Shown here one piece after another: positions 1-12,098 of a stretch of DNA of 40,496 bases (position 1 is its first letter; each line of letters starts with the position of its first letter). The notes under the pieces are model-generated. The model was not told the DNA's origin and made no database searches. It was given only the letters and a program-made list of their open reading frames with translations. Position numbers and translations under genes: made by a program. The DNA comes from Octopus sinensis (lineage: Eukaryota): assembly GCF_006345805.1 (NCBI RefSeq), contig NW_021832514.1:1-40496 (forward strand). Reading direction: 5' to 3'.

Positions 1-540
1 TTCTTCTTCTTCCTCTACTTCTTCCCCCTCATCTACCCTTCTTTTTCCCCTACTTCCACTTCTTCTGCTCTTCTTTCTTCTCCTCTTTCTCATCCCCCTC
101 CTTTCTCCCCTCCTTCCTCCCCGTCCTTCGTCCTCCTTCTACTCCTTTCTCCTCCTCCTTCCTTCTCCTTGACGTCCTCCTCCTCTTCTTCTTATTGGCA
201 TTTTTTACCTTTTTACTCTTCAAAATAAAATTATAGGTGTTTCGTTCTTTGCACACATCAACAGACATATACATACACCACACACATGACCCCACACCCT
301 TCCATTCTATCTCTCACTTATTCCTTCTTTCCATTTTCTCTCTTCTTTCTTTCTCCTCTCTTAATTTCTTTTCTTCATTTCTTTTGCCTTTGCTTCTCTC
401 CATCCTTCTTTCTTTCCTTCCTTCCATCATATATTCTCTGTCATTCTTTCTTTCCACCCTCTCCCTCTGTTCTTTCTTTCTTTCTTTCATTCATTCATTC
501 TTTCCTTCTTTTACTATTCTCCCTTCTTTTTTCCTTCCTC
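1..540. repeat. Pyrimidine-rich low-complexity tract (TTC/TCC/TTTC mixtures)
   Basis: Almost purely C/T on the + strand apart from a short AC-rich interruption; explains ORFs 50..295, 237..563 and 286..660. Confidence 0.9.
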
Positions 541-689
541 GTATTGCCGATGAGACTGAATAGACATGCACACATGGAAACCGAACCAGGATCTAAATGT
601 TCTTGCACTCATCAGGAACGCACGTATGCATACACGTTGTTGTTGGTACGTAACCGCTAACAAATGTTTCGGTCTCTCCATTGTACGTG

Positions 690-884
690 TGTAGGGAGAG
701 TTTACGAAAAAAACAAAAGACGAAGACAGGTGGTGTACAAAAACAAACAGATGTATTAGTATAACGCTCAGGAATAGAAAAAGTCTTTTACGTTTCGAGC
801 CTACGCTCTTCTACAGAAAGGGACACAGAAAAAACAAGGAGAGAAAAAATGTGTGTAGTGGCTAACGATCTGTCATAGCGACAG
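690..884 (-). mobile_element. Penelope-like element (PLE) terminal-repeat fragment
   Basis: Near-identical inverted copy at 38125-38318; contains a minimal hammerhead-like motif, which is an established hallmark of PLE pseudo-LTRs. Confidence 0.6.
785..820 (-). ncRNA. Minimal type I hammerhead-ribozyme-like motif (variant core CUGUAGA)
   Basis: Minus strand reads CTTT-CTGTAGA-A-GAGC(GTAG)GCTC-GAAA-CGTA-AAAG: stem I CTTT/AAAG, stem II GAGC/GCTC, palindromic ACGT stem III, GUA cleavage triplet. Confidence 0.45.
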
Positions 885-1079
885 CTGGACATTGCCATTG
901 AGGAATGGCATTTAAATTTACTGTCAGCAAACATATTTTGTCAATATTTCCAATTAATTTCGACAAAGCTTGGACCATTTCAGCTATGAGTGGCCTAAGC
1001 TGATCTCTGGATTTCGAATTTTATCTTCCTTGCGACGACAGATATACATAAAAAAAAACTCGCACTTCATCGGTTACAC

Positions 1080-1380
1080 CTATGAGGGTTCTAGTTGATC
1101 GAATAGAACAGCCTGCTCGTGAAATTAATGTGCAAGTGGCTGAGGCGCTCCAAGGACACCCGTACCCATAACATAGTTCTCAGGGATGTTCAGTATGACA
1201 CAGAATGTGACAAAGTTGTGTTTTTAAAATACAGGTACAACTCACTTTTGCCAGCTGAATGGATTTGAACAACGTGAAGTAAGATTCTTATTCAAGGACA
1301 GAACGCGCTACTGGGAAGTGAACCCAGGGCGTCACAATTGTGAGCCGAATACCCTGAACACTAAGTCACACGCCTTCATT
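1080..1380 (-). mobile_element. tRNA-derived SINE, family D (decayed)
   Basis: Reverse-complement tRNA-like head at the right end (ccctgaacactaagtcacacgcc) and a caacgtgaa...caaggaca body shared with 39190-39320. Confidence 0.6.
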
Positions 1381-1642
1381 TGACGAAAAATTCTTCAAAG
1401 CAGATCTCCATTATGGCCGCAATCTAATGATCGGAACAAGTAAGAGATAAAAGATATATATGTGAAGTAGTTAATCCATGATCTTTAGTCCAAGTTCCGA
1501 AGAGCCGTACGTAAAACAAAATATATTTTGTCGGCCAAACGATTATGGATAAAGGTGAATTATGGATTAAGGTGAATAAAGTATTGCATTATACACCTTT
1601 AGACATTTCTTTTTGAGTTCTTAAAACGATCGCCAGCAGAAT

Positions 1643-2063
1643 TCCTATTTCTTTACTGCCCACAAGGGGCTAAACATAGAGTGGACAAACAAGGACAGAC
1701 AAAGGGACTAAGTCGATTACATCGACCCCAGTGCGTAACTGGTACTTATTTAATCGACTCAGAAAGGATGAAAGGCAAAGTTGACCTTGGCGGAATTTGA
1801 ACTCAGAACGTAACGGCAAACGAAATACCTATTTCTTTACTACTCACAAAGGATTAAACACAGAGAGGACAAACAAAAAGGACAGACAAACGGATTAAGT
1901 CGATTACATCGACCGCAGTGCATAACTGGTACTTAATTTATCGACCCCGAAAGGATGAAAGGCAAAGTCGACCTCGACGGAATTTGAACTCAAAATGTAA
2001 CGGCAGACGAAATACGGCTACGCATTTCGCCCGGCGTGCTAACCACTCTGCCAGCTCGCCGCC
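1643..2063 (-). mobile_element. tRNA-derived SINE family A, head plus duplicated 3' unit
   Basis: Minus strand GGCGGCGAGCTGGCAGA head, GTTCAAAT B-box, core GCCTTTCATCCTTTCGGGGTCGATAAATTAAGTACCAG (resembles the Meta/MESC-type SINE domain, from memory); many copies in the window. Confidence 0.9.
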
Positions 2064-2462
2064 TTCTCGGCAGCAGGACACCCTAAGCCACGCTCCCTCA
2101 CAGATGTACGTGCACGCAAGCACGCACGCACACACACAAATGACGTATCACATCATAGTCTCTGTCTATGAATTTTCGATTCTCAAGATAATGAGTCAAA
2201 CTGAAATTGTGGATGGGAGGGTGGTGGGGTATAAATAAACTCTTGCCGAAAATGGAAAGCATTAATATTGGATCCGATATGAATCACATAAATGCAATGC
2301 AAAATTTTTAACCACACCGCTCCTGCCTCCCACATTCTGCTCTTCATCTTGAAGTAGCAAAACTAAAATACGTGGAACTCTTTATCCAAAATATTATTAT
2401 CATTATTAAAACATTGAACCAACGACACACAGACGCTCTCTCACACATGCATATACGTTTCA

Positions 2463-2645
2463 TCTTTTTCTTGTTTCAATCACTAGACTGCAGCCATGCT
2501 GTGGTACCACCTTGAAGAGTTTATAGTCGAATGCATCGATATTCAATACTTATATTCAGCTTCGTACTCACTCTATCTGTCTCTTTTGCCGAACAGCTAA
2601 GTCGCAGCGACGTAAACACACCAACATTAGTGGTCAATCAGAGGA
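2463..2645 (-). mobile_element. SINE family B 3' tail fragment
   Basis: Decayed ttgtttca..tca..gactgc.gccatgct..accaccttgaag tail shared with the full copies. Confidence 0.7.
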
Positions 2646-2703
2646 GTTACAGACAGTCAGAGATATAAACACATACACACACACACAAATATTATATATA
2701 TAT

Positions 2704-3048
2704 GGCACAGGAGTGGGCATGTGCCAAGAAGCTTGCTCTCCAACCACACTGTTCTGGGTTCAGTCCCATTGCGTGGCTCCTTGGGCAAGTGCCTTCTACT
2801 ATAGCCTCGGGCCTACCTAAGCCTTGTGAGTGGATTTCGTTGATGGAAATTGAAGGAAGCCCGTCGTATATATAAGTGTGTGTGTGTGTCCCATCACCAC
2901 TTGACAACCGGTGCTGGTGTAACTTAGCGGTTCGGCAAAAGAGACCGTTAGAATAACTACCGGGTTTTCAAATTTAAGTCGATTTATCTGATTGAAACCG
3001 TTCAAGGCGATGCACCAGTCAAAGGCTGCAGTCAAATGAGTGAAAGAA
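2704..3048 (+). mobile_element. tRNA-derived SINE family B (CORE-type), near full length
   Basis: tRNA-like head (ggcacaggagtgg...gggttcagtccc), CORE-like ccttgggcaagtg.cttctactatagcctcggg segment, internal TA/TG microsatellite and tail. Confidence 0.85.
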
Positions 3049-3071
3049 GTATGTATATGTATATATTATAC

Positions 3072-3195
3072 ACGATGGGCTTCTTTTCGTTTCCGTTTAC
3101 TAAATCCACTTACAAAGATTTGGTCAGCTTGAAGCTATATTTAGAAAGCAATTGCCAAAGTTGTTATACAATGCGACCAAACACAGAGTCATGAA
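3072..3195 (-). mobile_element. SINE family B fragment
   Basis: acgatgggcttcttt.cgtttccg..tactaaatccac matches the family B body. Confidence 0.6.
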
Positions 3196-3710
3196 TAGGC
3201 GGTTGTTAATGCCATGAAAACAATGATAAGGTAAATTGGCTAATTTATAAAGGTTTTGATGCCAGTAATTACTGCTTATCTGTCATTAATTTTATTTTTA
3301 CCTTCAGTAATTAACCTGTATTCTTCCCATTGTCAACATTTGTTTACTTGTATCATGTTTGATTTTAGGTATTCGAACTGCTACTACTCTTGCCGAAAAA
3401 AAATAACATATAGCTGGTGTCGCTTTCATAGTGATAATACTCGATCTGAGATCAGTTGGGGCCTGAACACCTGAGAGCCATATTGAAATTCTCCCAACAT
3501 TACCACAATGTTTCCCAGATCAGATAAAACAGTGTATAATAGGAAATACTATATACTGTTGTAATTACAGTTGCGGGAGGATTCGTGGCTGCTACTGATA
3601 TATTTCTGTATGTTTCTAACGCTGTTCATCTAAAAGCGATGTTTTCATGAAATGAGAACTACAATTCATAAGGCTTATTATATATATATATATATATAAG
3701 GGGGGGGGGG

Positions 3711-3999
3711 TGGAGGTGCAATGACCCAGTGGTTAGGGCAACGGACTCGCGGATTTGATTCCCAGACCGGGAGTTGTGAGTGTTTATTGAGCTAAAACAC
3801 CTAAAGCTCCACGAGGCTCCGGCAGGGGGTGGGGGTGATCCCTGCTGTACCCTTTCGTCACAACTTTCTCTCACTGTTTCTTCTGTTGGCCTACTCGCTT
3901 AGCCAGCGGGGTGGCATCATCTGAAGGCTAAAACAATGCGAAGCACATTGTGACCAGCGATGTATAACAACATCTGATAGCCTGGTCGGTTACGTGATA
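3711..3999 (+). mobile_element. tRNA-derived SINE family C (resembles octopus OK-type SINE)
   Basis: A-box-like gtggttagg and B-box-like gatttgattccc head; the body module acgaggctccggcaggg... recurs at 40365-40450. Confidence 0.7.
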
Positions 4000-4122
4000 G
4001 GTGCAGGCGTGGCTGTGTGGTAAGTAGCTTGCCTACCAACCACATGGTTCCGGGTTCAGTCCCACTCCCTAGTACCTTGTGAGTGGATTTTGTAGACGGA
4101 AACGGAAACAAGCCCATCGTAT
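3999..4122 (+). mobile_element. SINE family B, internally deleted 5' part
   Basis: ggtgcaggcgtggctgtgtggtaagtag...gggttcagtcccac head joined directly to ccttgtgagtggattt...aagccc. Confidence 0.8.
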
Positions 4123-4333
4123 ACATATATGTATATAGCTAAATGCGAAACCGGTCTTTCTTTAAAAATTATGTCATTATAAAGGAAAAAAAATTTGTTT
4201 AAAACATTTTCTAATATTATTCAGACATATTGACGCAAATATATATATTTTTTAACATTTAAGCCTTCTGTCGTTTTTTCACTCTTTACTATTTTTTATA
4301 TTTCACCCACGTGCTTTCACAAACCACCTTTCT

Positions 4334-4335
4334 TA

Positions 4336-4374
<39 letters not shown>

Positions 4375-4640
4375 TATATATATATTATATATGATATATC
4401 TATATGTAATAATATATATAATAGATAGATAGATAGATAGAAGATTGATTGATAGATGTACGTGTGTGTATATGTTTGTGTGTCTTTTGTGTGTGGGTGT
4501 TGTGTGTGTGTGTGTGTGTGTGCAAGAAAAAGACTGACAATGGCTTCGACATTCTAATTTACTTGTCATAAGAGAGTAAACAGTTATAGAAAACATATAT
4601 ATATATAGATACATGTATATGTATGTACACACACATACAC
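4334..4640. repeat. Compound microsatellite (AT)n/(GATA)n/(TG)n
   Basis: Directly visible. Confidence 0.85.
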
Positions 4641-4652
4641 ATATATATGTGT

Positions 4653-5046
4653 ATACTCTTTACTCCTTTACTTGTTTCAGTCATTTGACTACGGCCATGC
4701 TGGAACACCGCCTTTAATTGAGCAACTCGAGCCCGGGACTTATTCTATCGGTCTCTTTATGCCGAACCGCTAAGTAACGGGGACATAAACACACCAGCAT
4801 CGGTTGTCAAGCAATGCTAGGGGGACAAACACATACACACAAACATACACGCACACATACATATATATATACATAAATATACGACGGGCTTCTTTCAGTT
4901 TCCGTCTACCAAATCCACTCACAAGGCTTTTGTCGGCCCGAGGCTATAATAGAAGCCACTTGCGCAAGCTGCCAGGGAGTGGGACTGAACCCGGAACCAT
5001 GTGGTTGGGAAGCAAGCTACTTACGACACAGCCACTCCTACGCCTA
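4653..5046 (-). mobile_element. SINE family B, full length
   Basis: Tail tactcttttactc.tttacttgtttcagtcatttgact through to head cacagccactcctacgcct. Confidence 0.9.
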
Positions 5047-5289
5047 TTTCATCACGATACATAAATAAGTCAATGAATAAAGAAATAAATAAGGAAATGA
5101 TGATTCTATCTCGTCCAAATATAATGCATGCTTGAAGACCGAACTAGTCTGGCATGTTCGGGAGGCTTTAGGGTGCATTATTGGTTCAATAGTGGATTCG
5201 AGTTTGCTAGGATGTAACGGATAATGCATGTGTATAATTATTTGTGTATAGTTGTAAATATAGCTTTGTGTGTGTTTATAGACGGATGG

Positions 5290-5582
5290 ACATGTATAGG
5301 TTAGTAGATGGCGCTATGAATGGTTTGATTAATGTGTGTCTTCTTGACATGCGTGATGGGATGGCGATGGAATGATGGATAAATTGGATGGATAGATGGA
5401 CGGACGGACGGACGGAAAGGACAATGAATGGAAGTAAAAGCGAAATGGATGGATTGATCGACTCCCTTCCAATTGATTAATGAATGGTGTAAATGGGTGA
5501 ATAGAGGAATTGATGGATAGATTGACGGATTGATTGATTGATAGATGGACGGATGGATGTGTGCATTCATGGCTGGATGGAT
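5290..5582. repeat. Degenerate (GGAT)/(GGAC)/(GATT)n tract
   Basis: Directly visible. Confidence 0.75.
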
Positions 5583-5645
5583 TAAAATATGGTTGAAGAG
5601 AATAATATATAGCCGAGATCGCGGTCTTGCGAAAATTTGAAAACT

Positions 5646-6030
5646 ATTCTTCGTCCTCCTTCCCTTCGATTCTTCTTCCTCTTCTCTCTTCTTCTTCTTC
5701 TTCTTCTTTTCTTCTTCTTCTTCTTCTTCTTCTCTTCTTCTTCTTCTTCTTCTTTCTTCTTCTTTCTTCTTCTTTTTTCTATTTCTTCTCTTCTTCTTCT
5801 TCTTCTCTTCTTCTTTCTTCTTTTCTTCTTCACCTTCTTCTTTTCTCTTCTCTTCTTCTTTCTACTTCTTCTTCTTCTTCTTCTTCTTCTTCATCTTCTT
5901 CTTCTTCTCTCTTCTTCTTCTTCTTCTTCTTCTTCTTCTTCTCTTCTTCTTCTTCTTCTTCTACTACTACTACTAACTACACTACTACTACTACTACTAC
6001 TACTACTCTACTACTCTACTATCTTCTTTC
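5646..6030. repeat. (TTC)n grading into (CTA)n microsatellite
   Basis: Directly visible; source of ORFs 5582..5833, 5627..6067 and 5637..6077. Confidence 0.95.
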
Positions 6031-6418
6031 TCCTCCTCTCCTGTATTCGCTGTCGAGATGTCTTTAAAGGTGGCTAGAAGATCTTTTTTTTTTTATTAAT
6101 TTACTACCACAAACTGATTGGATTGTTTTTTTGTTTTTTTTTTCGTTTCGTTTCTACAAAACAAGACATCCTGAGCTTTTGGGTGGGAATTTACTTTTGT
6201 TTCTTTTCGGCCATTCGGAAATAATAGATTTCACAAGAAAAACAACAACAAATCCCTCTCCAAAAAGCAGAAAAATTTAAAATATTAAAATAAATATAGA
6301 AACTTGCAGCAAATAAATGGGGTAAAAATTCCTGATATTTTCGTCAAGTAGTAATAATACAGACGAAATACGAAAATTCACATTTATTGACACGAGAACA
6401 ATCAACCTCGACCTCCCT

Positions 6419-6486
<68 letters not shown>

Positions 6487-6576
6487 GAGAAATATTACAA
6501 CAAATATAAGCATGAATGTTTCGTTCCGTAACGTTGTCTCTGTTATCAAAATACAAATTGTGAACGAAACTTCCTA

Positions 6577-6955
6577 CCTATTTCATTACTACCCACAAGG
6601 GGGCTAAACACAGAGAGGACAAACACGGACAGACAAACGGATTAAGTCGATTAAGTCGATTATACCAGTGCGTAACTGGTACTTAATTTAACGACCCCGA
6701 AAGGATGAAAGGCAGAGTCAACCTCGGCGGAATTTGAACTCAGAACGTAACGGCAGACGAAATACCTATTTCATTACTACCCACAAGGGGCTAAACACCT
6801 AGAGGACAAACGGATTAAGTCGATTATACCAGTGCGCAACTGGTACTTAATTTATCGATCCCGAAAGGATGAAAGGCAAAGTCGACCTCGGCGGAATTTG
6901 AACTCAGAAGTAGCGGCAGACGAAATACGGCTACGCATTTCGCCCGGCGTGCTAG
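6577..6955 (-). mobile_element. SINE family A, with duplicated 3' unit
   Basis: Same structure and junction as 1643-2063. Confidence 0.9.
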
Positions 6956-6999
6956 TGAAAAGGGAAAAAAACCCCAGAAAATACACATATACTATTCTT

Positions 7000-7201
7000 T
7001 TCTTTTATTCTTTTATATAATTTCAGTCATTTGACTGCGGCCATGCTGGACATCGCCTTCAAGGGTTTTAGTCGAACAAATCAACCCTAGGACTTATTCT
7101 TTGAAAGCCTAGTACTAATTCTACCGCTAATTTACAGTGACGTAAACACACCAACGTCGGTTGTCAAGTGATAGAGCGGGGTGTTGGACAAACACTCACA
7201 T

Positions 7202-7242
<41 letters not shown>

Positions 7243-7424
7243 TATATATATATATATATTCGACGGGCTTCTTTCAGTTTACGTCTACTAGTCTACTCTC
7301 AAGGCTTTGGTCGGTTCCAGATTACAGTAGAAGACCCTTGGCCCAGATGCCACGTAGTGGGAAATGAACCCGGGACCATGTGGTTAGGAAGCAAGCTCCT
7401 TACCACACAGCCACGCCTGCGCCT
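7000..7424 (-). mobile_element. SINE family B, full length
   Basis: Tail, internal (CA)n(TA)n, CORE-like body and head all present. Confidence 0.85.
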
Positions 7425-7844
7425 GTAGATATTAATACATTTATATTCCGAAAACGTAAAAAAATGTATATCATCTCCCGTAACAATGATAAATACTACT
7501 CTCCCTGAATAAATTATCAAGGAAAGAGAAAGAAAGAGAGTGTATGTTTGTCCTATTACCCGACAGAAGAACTATTCGTCCGCCAGCAACGCAACAGGTA
7601 AAAGGAGCGCTGGCTAATGTTAATAATAATTGGCGACACCTCAGGTGGCCAATGTAATGCGTAGTTTTCAGGAATTAGAAATAATGCCTGAACAGGTTCG
7701 TCGCAAGCTTATCTGTCGTTTCACAACAATTATGGCGATCGGATATCAACGGTCAGATTTAAGGACGCCGTTGATGGCACTTACCAATGTTTAATCATCA
7801 TTTTTGTGTTATATTTCTTTCGAATTTTATCACAAAATTAATAG

Positions 7845-8628
7845 TCTTGAGGAGAGAGACCACGCGTAGAAGACGACACACCTGCAGATATATCTAAACC
7901 ACTTGCGGTGCTGCGAACCATGTCGATGAAAACAAGGGTGAACTGGTGTGAGCGACCTTCGTACGACGTCTTTCCGCAGCTCATTTCATTATCGGAACTG
8001 CAGTCTTGGATCGAACGTAGATCAAGATTGGGCGTCTGGCACCTAGAATGTTGCCAGGTGCTCACTGTTTTGTACCTGCTGGACAAAACCGTTGGCTGAA
8101 AAACAACCAAAGATTTCTATAAGAGCTAGTTGAGGGTATGAGCGACAATGGCCTAGGATTGACTCTGGACATCAGCAAGAACATTCCAAGCGATCTCTTC
8201 CAGAGGACTCTCGGGTCGAAGATCATGGACGATTTCCAAAAGTTTTTAACAGGACAGTACTGTAGGAGGCATTGTGCATTCGAAACAAGCTCTTCACGCA
8301 TTGAAGGTGCCAACAGCCGAACCTGCCTGAGATGCATGTACGTGGACGAGACCATTCAGCATGCAATCGTTCAATGTTCGTGCATTAGAGACTTGTGGGC
8401 TTGTGCTAAGCAGTTAGTGTCTCATGAAAGGCGAGCTATAGGGAAGATCAATGCACCACCTTCATTTTGCGGAGATGGAAGGCAGATCTTTCTCTATTTA
8501 GTGACTGTGGTCAATGTGGCTGTGCGGTGGACCCGCCTGAGAGGTTTTAAGACCGGCTATCTGGTCAAGCTCACTTCAATTTCTTCAAATATCACTTGAA
8601 GAGGAAGGTGATGGTAGAGAAGGCGCTA
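7845..8628 (+). pseudogene. Decayed L1/Tx1-clade LINE ORF2 C-terminal region (zf-RVT-like cysteine motif)
   Basis: ORF 8138..8599 contains TCLRCMYVDETIQHAIVQC..IRDLW, the CxxC..ETxxH....C motif typical of L1/Tx1 ORF2 C-termini. It continues after a frameshift as FKYHLKRKV; the upstream ORF 7908..8099 is probably part of the same broken frame. Confidence 0.7.
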
Positions 8629-8630
8629 CC

Positions 8631-8654
8631 TTATTATTATTATTATTATTATTA

Positions 8655-8690
<36 letters not shown>
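8631..8690. repeat. (TAT)n microsatellite, left flank or tail of the 539-bp element
   Basis: Directly visible. Confidence 0.95.
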
Positions 8691-9229
8691 GAGTGAGCGA
8701 GCAGAGCATGCCATCAAAGTGACACTGGGGTAAATATACGAAGCCCAGTATACCCATCATGACTACCCGTCTGATCAGGATACACCAGGCACATGCATCA
8801 CAACCATATGTGCGCGATATGGTGATCTCATATCAAGATAAACACACATGACCTTGCAGGTGGAGTCCAGTTAGAATTTTCTTCAGATCGAGTAACGCAT
8901 CCCGCTCAAAAGGTCCCTGAATAAGGGTTGTTTAAGGACGTTGAACGAACCACCCATGTTTCCAGAGGTGAATTATTCAAACCCCAAAGAATCCCTCTCA
9001 ACACATGGCTATGATACTCCCCCACTACTTCTGCTCGTGATCAGAGATGCATATCGTCAGCTACTAAGGGACATGCTCAACTGGTTAAGGTCAAGCAACT
9101 GACAAGCAAATCTGTGGTATTGAGCAGAATATTTGCTGTAGCCCATCTTTTATACCAAGACAAAACAATGTACATGATAACACTTCCAATCAGTTAAGAT
9201 CAGAAGCCATGAGAGCCACTGCCTGGTAC
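8691..9229 (-). mobile_element. 539-bp non-coding insertion embedded in (TAT)n; probable LINE 3' UTR or non-autonomous retroelement
   Basis: Complex non-coding sequence bounded sharply on both sides by pure (TAT)n; small CTGGG/CCCAG stem-loop near the presumed 3' end. Orientation is inferred. Confidence 0.55.
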
Positions 9230-9303
<74 letters not shown>

Positions 9304-9304
9304 G

Positions 9305-9342
<38 letters not shown>
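9230..9342. repeat. (TAT)n microsatellite, right flank
   Basis: Directly visible. Confidence 0.95.
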
Positions 9343-9343
<1 letters not shown>

Positions 9344-9350
9344 TTTACTA

Positions 9351-9560
9351 GTGCAGCGAGCTAGTAGAATCGTTAGCATGCCGGGCAAAATGCTTAGCGG
9401 CATTTCGTCTGTCTTAACGTTCTGAGACCAAGGGCCATCAAGGGCCATCAAGGTCGAATTTGCCTTTAACCCTCTCGACGCCAATGAAATAAGTACCAGT
9501 GAAGTACTAGGATCGATCGACTATACCACCCCTTCCTCAAAGTTTCAGGCCTTCTGACTG
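9351..9560 (+). mobile_element. SINE family A, decayed
   Basis: gcgagctagtagaatcgttagcatgccgggcaaaatgcttagcgg head and a degenerate core. Confidence 0.75.
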
Positions 9561-9629
9561 TAGTAGAAAAGATTATTATAGTTTTTAAGACAGGGAGCTG
9601 GCGGAAACATACACACACGTGAACACACT

Positions 9630-9663
<34 letters not shown>

Positions 9664-10397
9664 CGTATACACACGTTTACACTTATATAGGCACATATGT
9701 ATGAGGATTGTTTCATCTTCACAGATGACTGCCCGTCTCTGTGACAACAGCTAGGGGGGAGGCCCTCACGCCAGGCGGTGTTACTGCGTGCTCTGTCACC
9801 AGTCTTTTTACGTCCTACACTCAGACTGACAGTTAACTCATAGCTGGGACTCTTGACAGGTGACACAACTCCAGGATGGAGAGAGACTTGCGAACAGTAG
9901 CAGATGAGAAATGGTTCAACACTCCTCAATGCCTAGGAACTCACGAAACAATCCAATATTGGATGCACAAACACAGATTCACGCGCACACACACACTTAT
10001 ATGTGTGTGAATCCAATTGTAAACACACACACACATATATGTGTGTGTGAATATCTGTGTATATATACTTATGTTTACATATATACACGTGTGTGTGCTT
10101 GTATGTGTGCTTGTGTGTGTGTGTGTGTGTGATTATGGTAAATTATTGAAGCAGCGGTGAGCTGGAGAGACTGTGAATACGATAACATAGGAATGTTTAT
10201 GAAACAGGGATTCAGTCCGCGATCTACAGAGGGCATCCCGTGGTTTAACGACAGGATCTATTTACACAGTGAAACGAAATGTATATTTATTAAACTTTCG
10301 TTTGTGAACTAATGGCAACACGCACGCACGTACGTATACACTCACACACAAAAACATGTATACACACACAAAAAAAACATGTATACACACACACACC

Positions 10398-10441
<44 letters not shown>

Positions 10442-10844
10442 ACTGTGACTAAATGTGACTAGGGTGTTACGAAGCTTGAAACACGAGCTAAAATGTTCAA
10501 ATGTTGTAGATAAGGCGCATGAATGAAAACATACACCAACAAGGAACATCGTCCGAAAAATGCCGATTGTCAGTTTCGGCAATTTCCGTTGCCTCATCAA
10601 GTTAAGGCCCCTAGATCTTGGTTATCTTCAGCTTGCTTTTCTATTTGTATAATTAATGGATGGTTTAGCGAATAAAACCTCATAATGACATTCCTCTTAT
10701 AGATCTTTCCATGTCGTAGCGAATCGATGTTCTGTCTCCTGCATTGTAGTTCACGTCTCACTTGCACAGGTACGACGGTGCTATTGGAGACTGTCGTGTA
10801 TAGCATTATCCCAATTTGTTTTCAACACACCAGTTATTGAGATA

Positions 10845-11038
10845 CACTAATCCCTCGAATATCGCGGGTGTTACGTTCCACAACCCACCGCTGTATACTG
10901 TACTGAATACTTTCTTTTAGTTATTTTCATAATTTGCATATATTTTATTGTAAATGCAAAACACCACCACGGAGGAATCGACGTAAGACTTAATAATATA
11001 CCGCGGTAGGTGAACCGCGATATGTCGAGGGATTGTTG
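10845..11038. mobile_element. 194-bp Tc1/mariner-pogo (Tigger-like) MITE
   Basis: TIRs CACTAATCCCTCGAATATCGCGG and CCGCGATATGTCGAGGGATTGTTG, with TA dinucleotides at 10843-44 and 11039-40. Confidence 0.8.
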
Positions 11039-11113
11039 TAAATTCCTTCCATCCTGGTCTTGTTCCATTTGATGTTTCAGCATCTGCATCTCGGCTCATT
11101 TCACTCCTTACTT

Positions 11114-11152
<39 letters not shown>

Positions 11153-11185
11153 CATATATATATGTGTGTGTGTGTCTGTGTCTTG

Positions 11186-11230
<45 letters not shown>

Positions 11231-12098
11231 GCACACCAATAATTCTTTCTTCCATCTATGCGTAGAATTGTATGAGTACGTATTTAAACGAGTAGTTGTG
11301 TGTATGTGTGTGTATATGCGTGCATGTTTTGGGATCTTTTCTAAAAGATGGACAGAATTTCTACTTAACTAAATAATTTGAAACTTCGTATACTGGGAGA
11401 ATGTGTCAAAAGAAAACATTAATTTCAATAAGTCTTTTTGAGAAAAATATATTTTGTAACTTTTACGTATGTTAATTCTTCGAATTTTAACCAATCGTAT
11501 TCTCTGTTTTGAGCTCAATTCATATCTGCCGTGTTATTCATCCTTATCAGTCTTCTGTCTTCTGTCTTCAAAGGCTTCTCCCATGTTTATTTCAATGTCA
11601 TCCCTGACTTACGGAACGATTACCTGTGTGTGTGTGTTTTTGTTCTGTATGTGTGTGCGTGTGTGTGTTTGTTGTGTGTGTGTGTGTTATTGTTGTGTAT
11701 GTGTGTACGTGTGTGTGTTTGTTGTGTGTGTGTGTGTGTGTTATTGTTGTGTATGTGTGTGTGTGATCGACTCCAGTACTTCTTTAAATCCTGGTTGTTT
11801 TTTCATATCTGTCTCTTTTTACGAAACTGTTAAGTTACGAGGATATAAAAATCCCAGCAACACAAGCAGTGGTAGGAACAAACCCATCCATAAATATATG
11901 TTTGTATGTTTTATTATATATATATATTAAATTCAAATTACAATGAACGTAAACAAACAAACGAAGTTTGCTTTAGAAGCGTTGAGATGTCTTAAAAAGT
12001 AAAAAGAGTGATTTTAAATTCTCAAACGCAGGATTATGCTAATAATATAGCCTGAATACGATAAGCTGCACCCTATTTTGCAGAAAAATGTGTTGGAA

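Noticed and set aside
9877-9985. Short open frame MERDLRTVADEKWFNTPQCLGTHETIQYWMHKHRF in unique sequence
   Set aside because: No recognisable homology, no convincing donor site, and it runs into a (CA)n repeat.
10540-10806. Unique sequence with minus-strand ORFs 10262..10600 and 10597..10806
   Set aside because: No recognisable domain, and the splice-like sites are inconsistent.
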